Assembly (NCBI GenBank): GCA_050300315.1
Contig: JBNKXM010000001.1
Location: 1-31,839 of the forward strand
From: Thalassotalea sp.
Lineage (GTDB): Bacteria; Pseudomonadota; Gammaproteobacteria; Enterobacterales; Alteromonadaceae
DNA: 31,839 nucleotides
Reading direction: 5' to 3'
The notes beneath the pieces are model-generated. The model did no database searches. It worked only from the letters and a program-made list of their open reading frames with translations, and was not told the DNA's origin. A program made the translations under genes and the position numbers. Numbering within the stretch: the first letter of the stretch is position 1; the number at the start of each line of letters is the position of its first letter. This document shows, one piece after another, positions 1 through 9,936 of the stretch.

Positions 1-314
1 TTAGCTCCGTCTATGAATTGATAGCACCCTTCTGGTGAAATTCTAGCCGCACCAACACTAGTAAAAGCATCTCCAGCGTTATCTAAATTCAAACCAGACA
101 TGATCGCAACGCCACCAGAATTGACAGTAACACCATTTTCGTTTCCTGCCCCCGTTGATAGAAGTAGTGAAAGTCTAATTTTTTGACCTGTTGGCGGCGC
201 TGGTATTGTTGCTAATGTTCCGCTGCCACCTGAAGCAATAGTGAGGACTCCACTTACAAAGGTGGTTTCTCCACTAATACCAACTTCACCGCAAACACCA
301 TATTCAATTGTCAT
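1..314 (-). CDS. Hypothetical protein, 3' end beyond the window; Gly/Ser/Thr-rich, probably a small tail-associated structural protein
   Basis: Not in the ORF track. ATG at 314 preceded by AAGGAAATAAA; frame MTIEYGVCGEVGISGETTFVSGVLTIASGG... is open for 104 codons to the window edge; lies downstream of the tail fibre genes. Confidence 0.6.
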   Translation of the reverse strand, partial: MTIEYGVCGEVGISGETTFVSGVLTIASGGSGTLATIPAPPTGQKIRLSLLLSTGAGNENGVTVNSGGVAIMSGLNLDNAGDAFTSVGAARISPEGCYQFIDGA

Positions 315-323
315 TTTATTTCC

Positions 324-731
324 TTAAGCTAAGCAAGCTAATTTTTTGCGAGGCGGTATAGTTATAGTTTCGCCGTCAAACTCAATAGTTTCACCAGTAA
401 AAAAGTTATTTCCAACTACAGACAAGAATTTGCTTTCAGCGCTAGGTGATTCCCACTGGTATTCTGTATCAGGATTATTATCATCTATTGCCAATACTTG
501 AACGACAGGTGGTAATGAATCAATTAAATCTTTAACCTCCAGCGAACATTTGTAGCAAATCACTGATTGTATACCGTTACGTTTATAAACGTTCGGGTAG
601 GACGCTTCAACGATAAAATCATACTCGTTTTTATCTTCGTCAAGCCTAATCAAATCTTTGTTGTCGTTATAAGCGCTCGCGAGTTGATTTTGCTTTGCTT
701 CTTCGTTGGAGCAGTATACTAAAATATTCAT
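324..731 (-). CDS. Hypothetical protein downstream of the tail fibre gene
   Basis: 135-aa ORF tightly packed after the fibre gene (1-nt gap); no motif recognised. Confidence 0.65.
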   Translation of the reverse strand: MNILVYCSNEEAKQNQLASAYNDNKDLIRLDEDKNEYDFIVEASYPNVYKRNGIQSVICYKCSLEVKDLIDSLPPVVQVLAIDDNNPDTEYQWESPSAESKFLSVVGNNFFTGETIEFDGETITIPPRKKLACLA

Positions 732-732
732 T

Positions 733-2340
733 TTATTTAGCTCCGATAGATTTTACTTCATCAGCGTTAAGTCCGCCGATAAATGTTTTAAAGTTCGACA
801 TAACTCCATAGCAATTTTGTGAATCATCCGGTGCACTACCTAAATTAATTAACCCTGTTAAATCTAATTCGCTTGTAACAGTGTCGGCAATATCAAAAAT
901 CAATTGCTTGTTAACGTAACCTTTAATGTTCGTAGGTGTTCTTTCTATGACAAAATCATAAGACAGGTTAGGGATGATCGGGTCAAGCAACGTATGTAAA
1001 ACAGAAGAACCCATACGCACCTGAAAAAGTCCGCTAGTGGACTGCACTATGTCGAAAGTAAAAGCAGGGTTAGTGTCAACGCCCAATATAAATTGATTAC
1101 CCGTAGTATTACCTAAAGACCTGTACGTAAATGCTATTGCAATAGTATCATCTAAACTAGTGATATTGTTCAGCACTGTAGTAGATATTAAGTCAGAAGC
1201 CCTTGCAAAAGTCGATGTGGTTGTTTTGGCGTAGCTAGAAGGGAATGGTAAATCTTCAAGCTGGACTTTGTCTATACCAATACCAAACCCTGAAACTCCT
1301 TGGTAAAGTATTGTACCAGAAGCGTCTATTGCGATCGCAAACTGAGCACTGTTGCCGCCTATACTTGTGCAAACATAGCTGTAAGAAACAATGAACTTAC
1401 CTCCTTCAATAGCCCTAATACTCGGGTTTATCGCATCAACACCGGATGTTGTGACCGTACCAGCCTCTAAGTCAAAGACTACGTTACTGTTCGGTATTGT
1501 TGCGATTCCTGACCACAGATACTTTCGTTCTTTTGCAAAACACTCTGCTTGTACTGTGTAAGTTTTACCTACTATTTGGGTGGCGGACTGTGACATGAAG
1601 TGCATACCGTTTGAGCCATCTTCATCTATACCGTCAACGCTGACGGTAATGCCTGTTTTACTCCAAGCAGCATTGCTAAAATCTTCAGAGTGTAATAACT
1701 CGTTAGTGGTCGCACCTTCCATTAAGTACCCGTCTGATTCTTCACGCAGTACATCGTTGTTTACAGTGCGGAGTACGCCGTACCTATCTCTATATGACCC
1801 ACCGCTAGCTCTTGTTGAACTTAGTAGGTCGCTCAATTTAACAACTGGCGCATTAGGTGCTAGGACGTGACATAACGGGTTATTAAGCTTTGTTAAATTA
1901 ACATTAGCCATATTAACATCGTTGATCACCTGCCAATCTGAATTGCCTTCACTAGGTTCGCTTAGCGTTATATCAGCTATCGCCACTTCAACGCGCCACG
2001 TGCTCCCGTTGTGCGAGTAAGAACTCCCAACTGTTGCAGCCCCTGTAGCGTCTGACCATCTACCTTTGAAATTAGCTAAACTTTGAGCTGTTAAAGCGCT
2101 GTCCGCTGCGTTATTCGCACTAGCTAGCGCATCTACGGCACTAGCTGCCGCAGCATCTTTGTAGCCATTAACCAAACCGACATCAATATTAAACTCTGCG
2201 ATTGATGTGTTAATTCCTGGCACAAGCGAAACAGACTGATAAGTAGTCCATGTTACAGCGTTGGTTGAAAAATCCTCAGCCGACTGAGTGTTCGGATCTG
2301 GAACTACGCCACCATAAACTGGAACAGTTGATACTGTCAT
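733..2340 (-). CDS. Tail fibre / receptor-binding protein with a probable C-terminal lectin-like (LamG/ConA-type) beta-sandwich
   Basis: 535 aa with an Ala-rich N-terminal stalk and phage fibre motifs (TRASGGSYRDRYGVL, NELLHSEDFSNAAW, QLEDLPFPSSYAKTT); located after the tape measure and tip genes. Confidence 0.75.
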   Translation of the reverse strand: MTVSTVPVYGGVVPDPNTQSAEDFSTNAVTWTTYQSVSLVPGINTSIAEFNIDVGLVNGYKDAAAASAVDALASANNAADSALTAQSLANFKGRWSDATGAATVGSSYSHNGSTWRVEVAIADITLSEPSEGNSDWQVINDVNMANVNLTKLNNPLCHVLAPNAPVVKLSDLLSSTRASGGSYRDRYGVLRTVNNDVLREESDGYLMEGATTNELLHSEDFSNAAWSKTGITVSVDGIDEDGSNGMHFMSQSATQIVGKTYTVQAECFAKERKYLWSGIATIPNSNVVFDLEAGTVTTSGVDAINPSIRAIEGGKFIVSYSYVCTSIGGNSAQFAIAIDASGTILYQGVSGFGIGIDKVQLEDLPFPSSYAKTTTSTFARASDLISTTVLNNITSLDDTIAIAFTYRSLGNTTGNQFILGVDTNPAFTFDIVQSTSGLFQVRMGSSVLHTLLDPIIPNLSYDFVIERTPTNIKGYVNKQLIFDIADTVTSELDLTGLINLGSAPDDSQNCYGVMSNFKTFIGGLNADEVKSIGAK

Positions 2341-3261
2341 TTAAATTAACTCCTGCACATCGAAATTAAGTGCTATTTTGCTTGGTGAATTTATCTCACC
2401 TATTTTGTAGTTACTATAATAACCGAAAGTTGTCATTGCGTCATTAACATCAGTTTCGTCGCCAATCCAAACGGTCTCAGTTTGTGATAATGATTTCATT
2501 AGATTTTTAACATAAAGGGATTTTTGTCTGTCTATAAAACATTTATATTCCATGACATCAGCAGTATCACGCCTAGTAATATCAAACCCTCCAAACCCGT
2601 CGCTAGTTCTTATGCTGTAATCGACACCAGTTATTCCAGAGCCGTAAGCTGTTTCGCCTAAATCAAGATATGAACCTAGCACCAAATTGCCAAAACCAAT
2701 ATCGCCGCCACCAGTGACAGATATTGTAATGTCTTTGGCAATGACTGGAGGCAAATCAGTTAGCACAAATCTTGTAATAGCAATAACAGGTGAGAAAAAG
2801 AAATAATACCAATCTGTACGCGCTGAGTTATCCCTCATTGATATATCACGATCGTATATATCACTCACACCATCATTGACAGTTACGTTAATTGCATCAG
2901 CTCCAGTAATATTAAACCCTGCTAAAGAGTTAGTTAATGTTGCTGGTGTTATTGTCACATCAAGAGTAGTGTTATCGAAAGATTGCGTACCGTTCTTGTT
3001 GTCGAACATAGCCCATGCGTTAGTAGGACCAATATCAACCCAAGTCGCAGGATTAGCATCTACTCCAACCTCAGGATCGTCAGTTGTACTAGGGTCAGCC
3101 ACAACTCGATATCGCCTATGTGTCGATGACTTAATGCGCTCATCACCTAGATTGTAAGTGCCAGCAGACCATTCTATCTCGCCGTATGCCGCATCTGGTT
3201 CAGGGATTGTTGAGCTAGTTAAAACAGCATCATTAACTGTTATTGGGTTAATTACTCTCAT
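2341..3261 (-). CDS. Tail-tip / distal tail structural protein
   Basis: 306 aa, immediately downstream of the tape measure gene (1-nt overlap); Trp-containing CBM-like N-terminus (WSAGTYNLGD...TWVDIGPTNAWAMFD). Confidence 0.6.
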   Translation of the reverse strand: MRVINPITVNDAVLTSSTIPEPDAAYGEIEWSAGTYNLGDERIKSSTHRRYRVVADPSTTDDPEVGVDANPATWVDIGPTNAWAMFDNKNGTQSFDNTTLDVTITPATLTNSLAGFNITGADAINVTVNDGVSDIYDRDISMRDNSARTDWYYFFFSPVIAITRFVLTDLPPVIAKDITISVTGGGDIGFGNLVLGSYLDLGETAYGSGITGVDYSIRTSDGFGGFDITRRDTADVMEYKCFIDRQKSLYVKNLMKSLSQTETVWIGDETDVNDAMTTFGYYSNYKIGEINSPSKIALNFDVQELI

Positions 3262-6200
3262 TATGGTTCTACCCTTACGTCTAATCCGCCGCCAATCATT
3301 TGCTGCAACAATCGGTTTGTTATTTTTGTGTTTTGTCTGATTTCTTCATTTTGAGCCAAAATATTATCGTCTAATTCTTTTTTAGCTGGATCAACAACCG
3401 GTTCAGTTGTCGTAGTTGGCTCTGGTGGATTAGCGATAATATCATTAAGATTATTAATAGCATCAGTAACACTCATTATGCTGGTATCTATACCATAAAG
3501 CGCGTCTAGCTGAGCTTGAGCATTAAGTATAACATCATCAAGCCTAGATATTTCATCGTCATACGTTTGCTGTGCTAGCTCTAACAACGCATTAGCTGCT
3601 GCAAGTTCATTGTCAAGAGCTTCTAGCATTGAATCAGTTTGAAGTGAATCAAGTTGCAATTGCGCTTCTTGATATTGTGTTATTGCGTCATTTAATGACA
3701 ATACCGTGTTATCGATACCTAAAATTGAGTTATACTGATCGTCAAGCGCTTTTAGTTGCTCTTGATTGTCTGCCTGTGCTTGTGATATTTGATGGCTTAG
3801 ATAACCAGAGATCCCTTCTAATACTGCTATTTGTCTTTCCGCGTCAGTTGCTCTAGTGCCAGCTAATCCAGATATTTGAGCTAATTGGTTTTTAGCTAAC
3901 GCTTGTGCTGCTTTAAATTCTGTCGCAGAAGAAAAGCCAGAAGCTGATGGTAATTGACCGCTTAAACCTTTAGCCGCGCTAAAATCACCACGTCTAGCGC
4001 TTGCCAATGCCGCACCAATATCATCGTTAACAAGCCCTGCTGCGTTAGCTAATGATTGTGATAATGATCTCATATCATTTGCAACGGATGATAAGCTAGA
4101 TTTTCTACCGCTTAATAACGATATCTCAGCATTTAATCCTGATATTCTTTCGTTGGTCGCATCTTGTATCGCATTTCTTTGCGCTTCAAAACTTGCATCT
4201 AAAGCGTTTTTTGCTAAATCAAGACCTTGTTGAGCTGAGCTTTCTTGAGCTAATACCGCATCGCGTTGAGTGTTAATTCTTGATACTTCTGCGTCATAAG
4301 CCAAACGTGCGTTGTTTAAAATCTCTTTAGCCCTGTCTTTTTCTAAAGCTACCGATTCTTTCAACGCGCTCATAGCTGAATTTAACGCGTTGGTATATTC
4401 GTTTTCCATTGAATCAAAAAACGCGTCCATTCCTGGCACTAACTGCATAAGCGCGGCAAACATTTCTTGACCTGCTTCAGTGGTCAAGTCTAACCCATCA
4501 ACTAACGCCCTAAACTGATCTCTCGTCGCTGGCATAGTTTGGCCTAGCTCTTCGAAAGATGCGTTTAACGACGATGTAAGGAAGTCGAACTGCTCAGACT
4601 GATCGTAAAAAGAATTAAAATATTGCGTTGTTAATTGGTTTAACGAATCTAAGCCGCCAACCATTTCAACAACATTAGTAGCAGCTTTTGCGGCCGCCTC
4701 ACCAATCAGTCCAAAATCAAGCCCTAGCGTATCGGTAACTTGATTGAATGCTTGCATATTCATAATTAGGCGATCAATAGTTTGTATTGATGATTCGCTC
4801 TCTTTAGCAAACTCTTCAGCTAAACCACCAAATACAGCAGTTACCATTTGTTCGGTTGTTTTGTTAGCCCAATTAGATATTTCAGCTTGTATTTCTTCTT
4901 CGCTCATTCCTTTAATACTTTTTGAGAATGACGAAGAAAAGTTGTTAATAAAGTCCTCAACCGATGTTTCAGTTGTAGTTGTTACCGTTTCAAAAGAGCG
5001 TTTAAAATCAGTTTCAAAGTCACGAATGAAATTAGTTGTTGTTTGTGTAACTGTCGTTATATCTAAAAGTTTAGCAGCATCTAATATTGAATCCTGAACG
5101 CTTTGGAACATATCGCCAATTACAGACAAATCTAAATCGTTTTCTGTTAATCTTGTTTTAGTGCCTCGAAATAATGAGCGTTTCTTTTGTTCTTTCAACA
5201 ATGTTGATCCAAAAGCGCCTTCAGATCCAAAACCTAAATTCAACGTACGATCTTTTTCTTTGTAACTTGTGCCAAATAATCCACCGCCAGTTATCTTATC
5301 GACGATACCAGCCGCAGCCGCAGCGATTGCAGCAATAGGTAATGACGCGCCTATTCCAGCCGCTATTTCTCCACCGCCGAATAATGAGCCTATATTACTA
5401 AATGCGCCTGATAAACTTCCTGCGCCTAATAATGCGTTAGTGCCGCCGAATCCTGACGAAAAAGCACCACCTAACCCACCTAAACCGCCAAGTATTCCAC
5501 CAGCATTTGCAGCGCTACTAATGCCACCTAAACCAAGAGCGGTGCCAATTTGTAAAACAATCGGCTTAGTAACAGCGAGATGGATCATCTCTGCTAGCAT
5601 GCGCTTGAAGCCATCGATAACAGAATCAAAAACATTGCCAGATCCGTTGATGATATTTAACCACACGTCAGAGAATGCCTTATCTATTCTTTTAATCATT
5701 CCTTCGGTAATTTTTAAAAAGCTTTTTGACTCAGACTTAATTGATTTTGATACTTTAGCTGTTGTTATTTTCGCTTGAGATTCTATTTTTTTATAAACCG
5801 ATAGCGTAGCATCTCTCTCGGCTAATATATCAGCTATAGTTGATTGCCTTGCATTCTTCGACGCCAAAATTCTAGCCTCTGCTGATTCTTTAGCAGCCGC
5901 GCTTTCTTCATCCCTTGCTGTCTCTGCTATTAAAATCTGTTCTTCTGCTGCTTGAAGGTACTCATTCGTCATGGCCTTTGATATATTTTCTGCATTTTTT
6001 ATTGCAGCATCAAAATCAAACGTGTCGCCATCAAAAGGATTTAGAGCGTCTTTTATCTCTAATCCGTATATCTTTACTTTTTCTACTATCTCAGCAAGCC
6101 TAGTACCTAATACATTGCCAAAAGCTTTAATGTAAGCCTCTACAATGGTTGGTATTGTAACGAAAGGAGATTTAATGGCGTTAATGATCAGTTTTGAATG

Positions 6201-7322
6201 TTGAGCTATCATATCAATAGCAAAACCAAGCTCAACCGCTAATATTTTTGTCATCGCTCGAATGTTTGATGGAAAGTTTATTATAGCTCCGCCCATAAAC
6301 TTCATTGTTTCGTCTGTTATAGCTCCAAGAGCCATGAATTCTTTTCTAAAAACATCATTGGTTCCTGTTATAGCATTTTGAGCGTCATCAGACCATGCGC
6401 CCCATTGACCTCCCCATAATGCTATCTCTCGCGAAAAGTTGCCGAGTTCTCCAGTCAGCGATTCAATACCAGATCCTACAGTATCAACTGCATCATTTAA
6501 TATTTTTGCCTCACCAACAAACTTAGTGATGTTTGTTGTGGCATTTTCGATTGACTGTCCGAATGTTTTGGTTGTTTGGTCAGCTAGCTTTTGCGCTACT
6601 TGTTTATAGTCTTTTAGCGCATTAACCATTATTTCAGCGGTAATACCACCAGTTGCGGCAAACTCTCTAAGCTCACCGCGAGTCATTTTTAGCTTAGACG
6701 CAAGCGCGTCCATAATTTTAGGCGCACCCTCTGCAACAGAGTTAAATTCATCGCCACGCAATGCACCCGCCGCAAAACCTTGTGACAATTGTCTAATAGC
6801 GCCGCTAACTTCTGATATTGGCTTACCTCCAGCAACGAACAAGTTATTTAGCGTTTTGGTAATGCTAAGAATTTCACCTTGCGATGTACCTAAGTCTTTA
6901 GTTGATCTCGTTAACTGTGCGTATAAATCGACGGTATTGGTTAAATCAGATCTTGTATCTTTTGACAAAGTAAGTAGCTTTTCGCGAACATCAAGTAGCG
7001 CTTCTTCCGACTCAGTTACTTGTCTAATTTGCGAGTTAATATTTTTCCACGCGTCAGACTGTTTTGTTATCTCGCTTGTTAATCTTGCCGCACCTAATCC
7101 AGTCAACGCCGCACCAGCCGCGCCAATAGTGGCTTTTAGCGTGTTAAAACTTTTGTTGGTGTTACTAACAGATTTATTTATACGCTTTTCTGAGTGCTCG
7201 CCTTTTTTAGCGAGACTATCTAAGCTTTTTTCAGCATTTTTTAGCCCTGAAACGTCAGATTTAAAGCCTATTGTCGCCAAGTCAATCATAAAAATAAATA
7301 AACCTATTAAAATTTTATCCAT
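3261..7322 (-). CDS. Tail tape measure protein (alternative start at 7289, MIDLATIGF)
   Basis: 1353 aa, Ala/Gly-rich and helical; tape-measure N-terminal motif QLSQGFAAGALRGDEFNSVAEGAPKIMDALASKL; downstream of the tail chaperones. Confidence 0.93.
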   Translation of the reverse strand: MDKILIGLFIFMIDLATIGFKSDVSGLKNAEKSLDSLAKKGEHSEKRINKSVSNTNKSFNTLKATIGAAGAALTGLGAARLTSEITKQSDAWKNINSQIRQVTESEEALLDVREKLLTLSKDTRSDLTNTVDLYAQLTRSTKDLGTSQGEILSITKTLNNLFVAGGKPISEVSGAIRQLSQGFAAGALRGDEFNSVAEGAPKIMDALASKLKMTRGELREFAATGGITAEIMVNALKDYKQVAQKLADQTTKTFGQSIENATTNITKFVGEAKILNDAVDTVGSGIESLTGELGNFSREIALWGGQWGAWSDDAQNAITGTNDVFRKEFMALGAITDETMKFMGGAIINFPSNIRAMTKILAVELGFAIDMIAQHSKLIINAIKSPFVTIPTIVEAYIKAFGNVLGTRLAEIVEKVKIYGLEIKDALNPFDGDTFDFDAAIKNAENISKAMTNEYLQAAEEQILIAETARDEESAAAKESAEARILASKNARQSTIADILAERDATLSVYKKIESQAKITTAKVSKSIKSESKSFLKITEGMIKRIDKAFSDVWLNIINGSGNVFDSVIDGFKRMLAEMIHLAVTKPIVLQIGTALGLGGISSAANAGGILGGLGGLGGAFSSGFGGTNALLGAGSLSGAFSNIGSLFGGGEIAAGIGASLPIAAIAAAAAGIVDKITGGGLFGTSYKEKDRTLNLGFGSEGAFGSTLLKEQKKRSLFRGTKTRLTENDLDLSVIGDMFQSVQDSILDAAKLLDITTVTQTTTNFIRDFETDFKRSFETVTTTTETSVEDFINNFSSSFSKSIKGMSEEEIQAEISNWANKTTEQMVTAVFGGLAEEFAKESESSIQTIDRLIMNMQAFNQVTDTLGLDFGLIGEAAAKAATNVVEMVGGLDSLNQLTTQYFNSFYDQSEQFDFLTSSLNASFEELGQTMPATRDQFRALVDGLDLTTEAGQEMFAALMQLVPGMDAFFDSMENEYTNALNSAMSALKESVALEKDRAKEILNNARLAYDAEVSRINTQRDAVLAQESSAQQGLDLAKNALDASFEAQRNAIQDATNERISGLNAEISLLSGRKSSLSSVANDMRSLSQSLANAAGLVNDDIGAALASARRGDFSAAKGLSGQLPSASGFSSATEFKAAQALAKNQLAQISGLAGTRATDAERQIAVLEGISGYLSHQISQAQADNQEQLKALDDQYNSILGIDNTVLSLNDAITQYQEAQLQLDSLQTDSMLEALDNELAAANALLELAQQTYDDEISRLDDVILNAQAQLDALYGIDTSIMSVTDAINNLNDIIANPPEPTTTTEPVVDPAKKELDDNILAQNEEIRQNTKITNRLLQQMIGGGLDVRVEP

Positions 7323-7368
7323 TATAGCAACTGGTCAGAGCAGTTAAAAGGATAAGGTGTGCTATGCT
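7321..7368. promoter_or_regulatory. Divergent promoter module 1 with FadR-type box AACTGGTCAGAGCAGTT (7329-7345)
   Basis: One mismatch to AACTGGTCNGACCAGTT; plus-strand extended -10 TG-C-TATGCT (7363-7368); minus-strand TG-C-TATAAT (7326-7321). Confidence 0.75.
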
Positions 7369-7383
7369 TTTGTTATTGATTAA

Positions 7384-8175
7384 ATGAGGAGAATTAAAGT
7401 GGATATTAAAAACACAAAAGTAAGTTTAAAAGGTATGACAGAAGAAGTATTCAACGCGGTTATTGCTGTGGCGAAGGCGCATGGGCTTGATTGGATGTAT
7501 CCAGATGGTGGTACACACTATAACTTGCACAAAAAAAGAAGTTTTATGCTTTTTGATGAAGTTATCACTAGCGGAGGTGATGGTTTAGCGTACAAAGAAA
7601 TCCCAGTTGAAGACTTTCTATTTAGTCTAGCTCCTGATTGGGCTGTTGATATTAGATATTTTAATGGAGTTTATCATTATACCGACAGTGTTGGTAAATA
7701 TGTCGTTATTGGTGGCTCAGAGATTTATGAGTTCAACTTAAGTGGATTCAAGATAATCGCCACCCGTAAGCAAGAACAATGGCAACCTAAAGTTGGTGGT
7801 GAATGCTTGGTTAAGCACAATGGCGACTGGCACGAAACATTCATCGTAGGCATTAGCTCATATGGTAACTACTTTTACGAGTCGTCCAAGTTTGCAGAAA
7901 CCGTGTACGACGGTAATAACATAACTTGCTTCAAACCACTACCTGAACCAACAGAAGAAGAAAAGTTAATAGATATAGCTAAAAAGGATAACGACGATTT
8001 AGTTGTAACTGAGAATTTTACACGTGCCGTAAGTGCTTTTGTAAAAGCTGGCTACTGTAAAGTTGAGCCGATTAGTAGGGAAATGTTTTTACATCAGTCA
8101 TTAATACTGGATACATCAAATGATGACTTTAGTTGGTTGGCAGAAAACAACCACATCGTAGTTAAAAAGGACTAA
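7384..8175 (+). CDS. Hypothetical accessory protein
   Basis: 263-aa ORF, first gene of plus-strand cassette 1; no family recognised with confidence. Confidence 0.7.
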   Translation: MRRIKVDIKNTKVSLKGMTEEVFNAVIAVAKAHGLDWMYPDGGTHYNLHKKRSFMLFDEVITSGGDGLAYKEIPVEDFLFSLAPDWAVDIRYFNGVYHYTDSVGKYVVIGGSEIYEFNLSGFKIIATRKQEQWQPKVGGECLVKHNGDWHETFIVGISSYGNYFYESSKFAETVYDGNNITCFKPLPEPTEEEKLIDIAKKDNDDLVVTENFTRAVSAFVKAGYCKVEPISREMFLHQSLILDTSNDDFSWLAENNHIVVKKD

Positions 8176-8178
8176 CCC

Positions 8179-8613
8179 ATGATAACCAAATCACAATACT
8201 CACAATACAGGCAATACGCAAAATATAAAGCTGGTGAAGATTACGAGGATGTACTCCAAAATGCTTTACTCAGAGCGTGGAGATTCAAAGATAATCAAGA
8301 AGGTAACTTTGATGCTTGGATCAGGAAAATAGTGTTTAATGAGTCTAATCGACGTTTTGAAAGAAGTAGTCTAGACTATTCAGATATAGACATAGAGTTA
8401 TTAAATTATGACACAGTTAGCGTTAACGATGACGAAATAACACTTAATGAATGTATTTCCACGTTACCTGACAGAGCTATGCAGTCGGTCACGCTGAGAA
8501 TACAAGGCTACACGTCAATTGAAACGGCAAAAATAATGAATGTAAAAACAGGCACTATTTGCGCTATGTGGAATAAATCAAACCAATTAATGAGGGATTT
8601 TTACAATGACTGA
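8179..8613 (+). CDS. ECF-like RNA polymerase sigma factor (regions 2 and 4)
   Basis: Region 2-like EDVLQNALLRAW...FDAWIRKIVFNES; region 4-like TLPDR...LRIQGYTSIETAKIMNVKTGT. Confidence 0.75.
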   Translation: MITKSQYSQYRQYAKYKAGEDYEDVLQNALLRAWRFKDNQEGNFDAWIRKIVFNESNRRFERSSLDYSDIDIELLNYDTVSVNDDEITLNECISTLPDRAMQSVTLRIQGYTSIETAKIMNVKTGTICAMWNKSNQLMRDFYND

Positions 8614-8866
8614 ATCAATCGAAGAATTACAAGCGATATTGGATAATGCGCCAGACATGAAAGGCATTGAACATGATGGATTTTATTATTGCACAGAATA
8701 TGGCCTCGAATATTACATATACATAATTGACGGCAATGTTTTTGTTTATGATAAAGGCTGGCGAGAAGACAAAAAATGCAATTATCCTCTAAATGAGTTT
8801 TGGACTATCAGCTCACTAGCAGACATTAAACGAATAGTTGAATTAATGAAGGAGTTACAAAAATGA
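8606..8866 (+). CDS. Hypothetical protein
   Basis: 86-aa ORF overlapping its neighbours, consistent with translational coupling. Confidence 0.65.
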   Translation: MTESIEELQAILDNAPDMKGIEHDGFYYCTEYGLEYYIYIIDGNVFVYDKGWREDKKCNYPLNEFWTISSLADIKRIVELMKELQK

Positions 8867-9096
8867 GTATTTGCACATTAGAAATAATTAAGATTAGATT
8901 AGAAGTAGCAGAAGAGCATAGCCCGTTGTCTGTGTTTAGAACTTACAAAGACGGCGAGGTCGGGCTAGATTGTGTATTTACCACAATAGAAACAAAGGCG
9001 CGTATTGCGTCAGGCGATATTAGTTATGTTGGCACTTACACAAAACATACTGATATTTTTCAAGTTCAAGAAGAATTAAGACGAGCGATTTATTGA
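8863..9096 (+). CDS. Hypothetical protein
   Basis: 77 aa, ATGA overlap, AAGGAG Shine-Dalgarno upstream. Confidence 0.65.
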   Translation: MSICTLEIIKIRLEVAEEHSPLSVFRTYKDGEVGLDCVFTTIETKARIASGDISYVGTYTKHTDIFQVQEELRRAIY

Positions 9097-9106
9097 GGGG
9101 AATGAT

Positions 9107-9490
9107 ATGAATGAAGAATTACAAAAAGCATTAGTCGAGTTGTTAAACAAAACATTGAGCGGTATTGATTCAGCCGGTGAATTTATGGCAGCACAGATTC
9201 CTGACGTAGTGCAGCAACTATTAATGTGGCATAGTGTTTACAGTCTAATTGTTTCGTCAATGTGCCTAGCGTTACTTTTCTTTGCAATAAAGCTAGATAT
9301 AAGATTGTTTTACATCACCAAGGGTCGAGACGATGAGGATTTTCTTGTTATAGGGTATTTTTTAATAGGCTCCATTGTTAGGGCAATCCTTTACGCGTTC
9401 TTGCTGAGTGGTATATCTCTTGATTGGCTACAAATATGGCTAGCGCCTAAAGTTTGGCTTTTGGAGTACGCATCGAAGTTAACCAACTAA
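9107..9490 (+). CDS. Hypothetical membrane protein (two predicted TM segments)
   Basis: 127 aa, GAGGGG RBS, two long hydrophobic stretches. Confidence 0.7.
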   Translation: MNEELQKALVELLNKTLSGIDSAGEFMAAQIPDVVQQLLMWHSVYSLIVSSMCLALLFFAIKLDIRLFYITKGRDDEDFLVIGYFLIGSIVRAILYAFLLSGISLDWLQIWLAPKVWLLEYASKLTN

Positions 9491-9516
9491 AACAAAAAGC
9501 CCCATTCTAGGGGCTT
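9490..9516 (-). terminator. Intrinsic terminator between convergent genes (U-tract on the minus strand)
   Basis: AAAACAAAAAGCCCC-ATTCTA-GGGGCTT. Confidence 0.7.
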
Positions 9517-9928
9517 ACATATTCTTTAGTTTATCCATTTCCATCATCAAAGCGTTTGCTTGCTGTATTCTGTCCTCATCGGTCATTTCTGGTCGGTAAG
9601 GTGCGATGCAATTCATTTCATCAGCTTTATGCTTAAATGACACATAAGCGCGTGACATTTTTATGATTTGCTTTGACTCCCAAGGCTCAAGGTTTGAACT
9701 TGTCATAGTAGAGTATGATTGTAGCTCTTGCCATGTTAACGGCTCTGCGCCATTCATGCCACTTGAAAACATGCCGCACTCATGCCAATGATTAACCAAA
9801 TACTCACAGCCGCCTATATCTGGCATTCTTCGATGATACGTACCCTCTGCGAATTGCTCTACCCTTGCTTTAGGTTTTGTATCATCTTTGTGTTTTTTAG
9901 GTCTGCCATGCAACCACGAAAGCTGCAT
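9515..9928 (-). CDS. Tail assembly chaperone T portion, expected as a G-T fusion via -1 frameshift
   Basis: Lies between the G chaperone and the tape measure gene; its frame is open upstream through the slippery site (KFYHGLSESLVLYAMQLSW). Confidence 0.75.
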   Translation of the reverse strand: MQLSWLHGRPKKHKDDTKPKARVEQFAEGTYHRRMPDIGGCEYLVNHWHECGMFSSGMNGAEPLTWQELQSYSTMTSSNLEPWESKQIIKMSRAYVSFKHKADEMNCIAPYRPEMTDEDRIQQANALMMEMDKLKNM

Positions 9929-9936
9929 AGCATAAA

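Noticed and set aside
1580-1870. Plus-strand 96-aa ORF, and similar ORFs at 2876-3157, 3158-3340, 3629-3856 and 4744-5097
   Set aside because: Shadows of tail genes; no motif, RBS or promoter module, unlike the intein-internal antisense ORF
5269-5778. Pro-rich 169-aa plus-strand ORF
   Set aside because: Mirror of the Gly/Ala-rich tape measure segment (GGN reads as NCC)
6856-7347. 163-aa plus-strand ORF over the tape measure start
   Set aside because: Antisense shadow; runs into the operator; no recognisable domain
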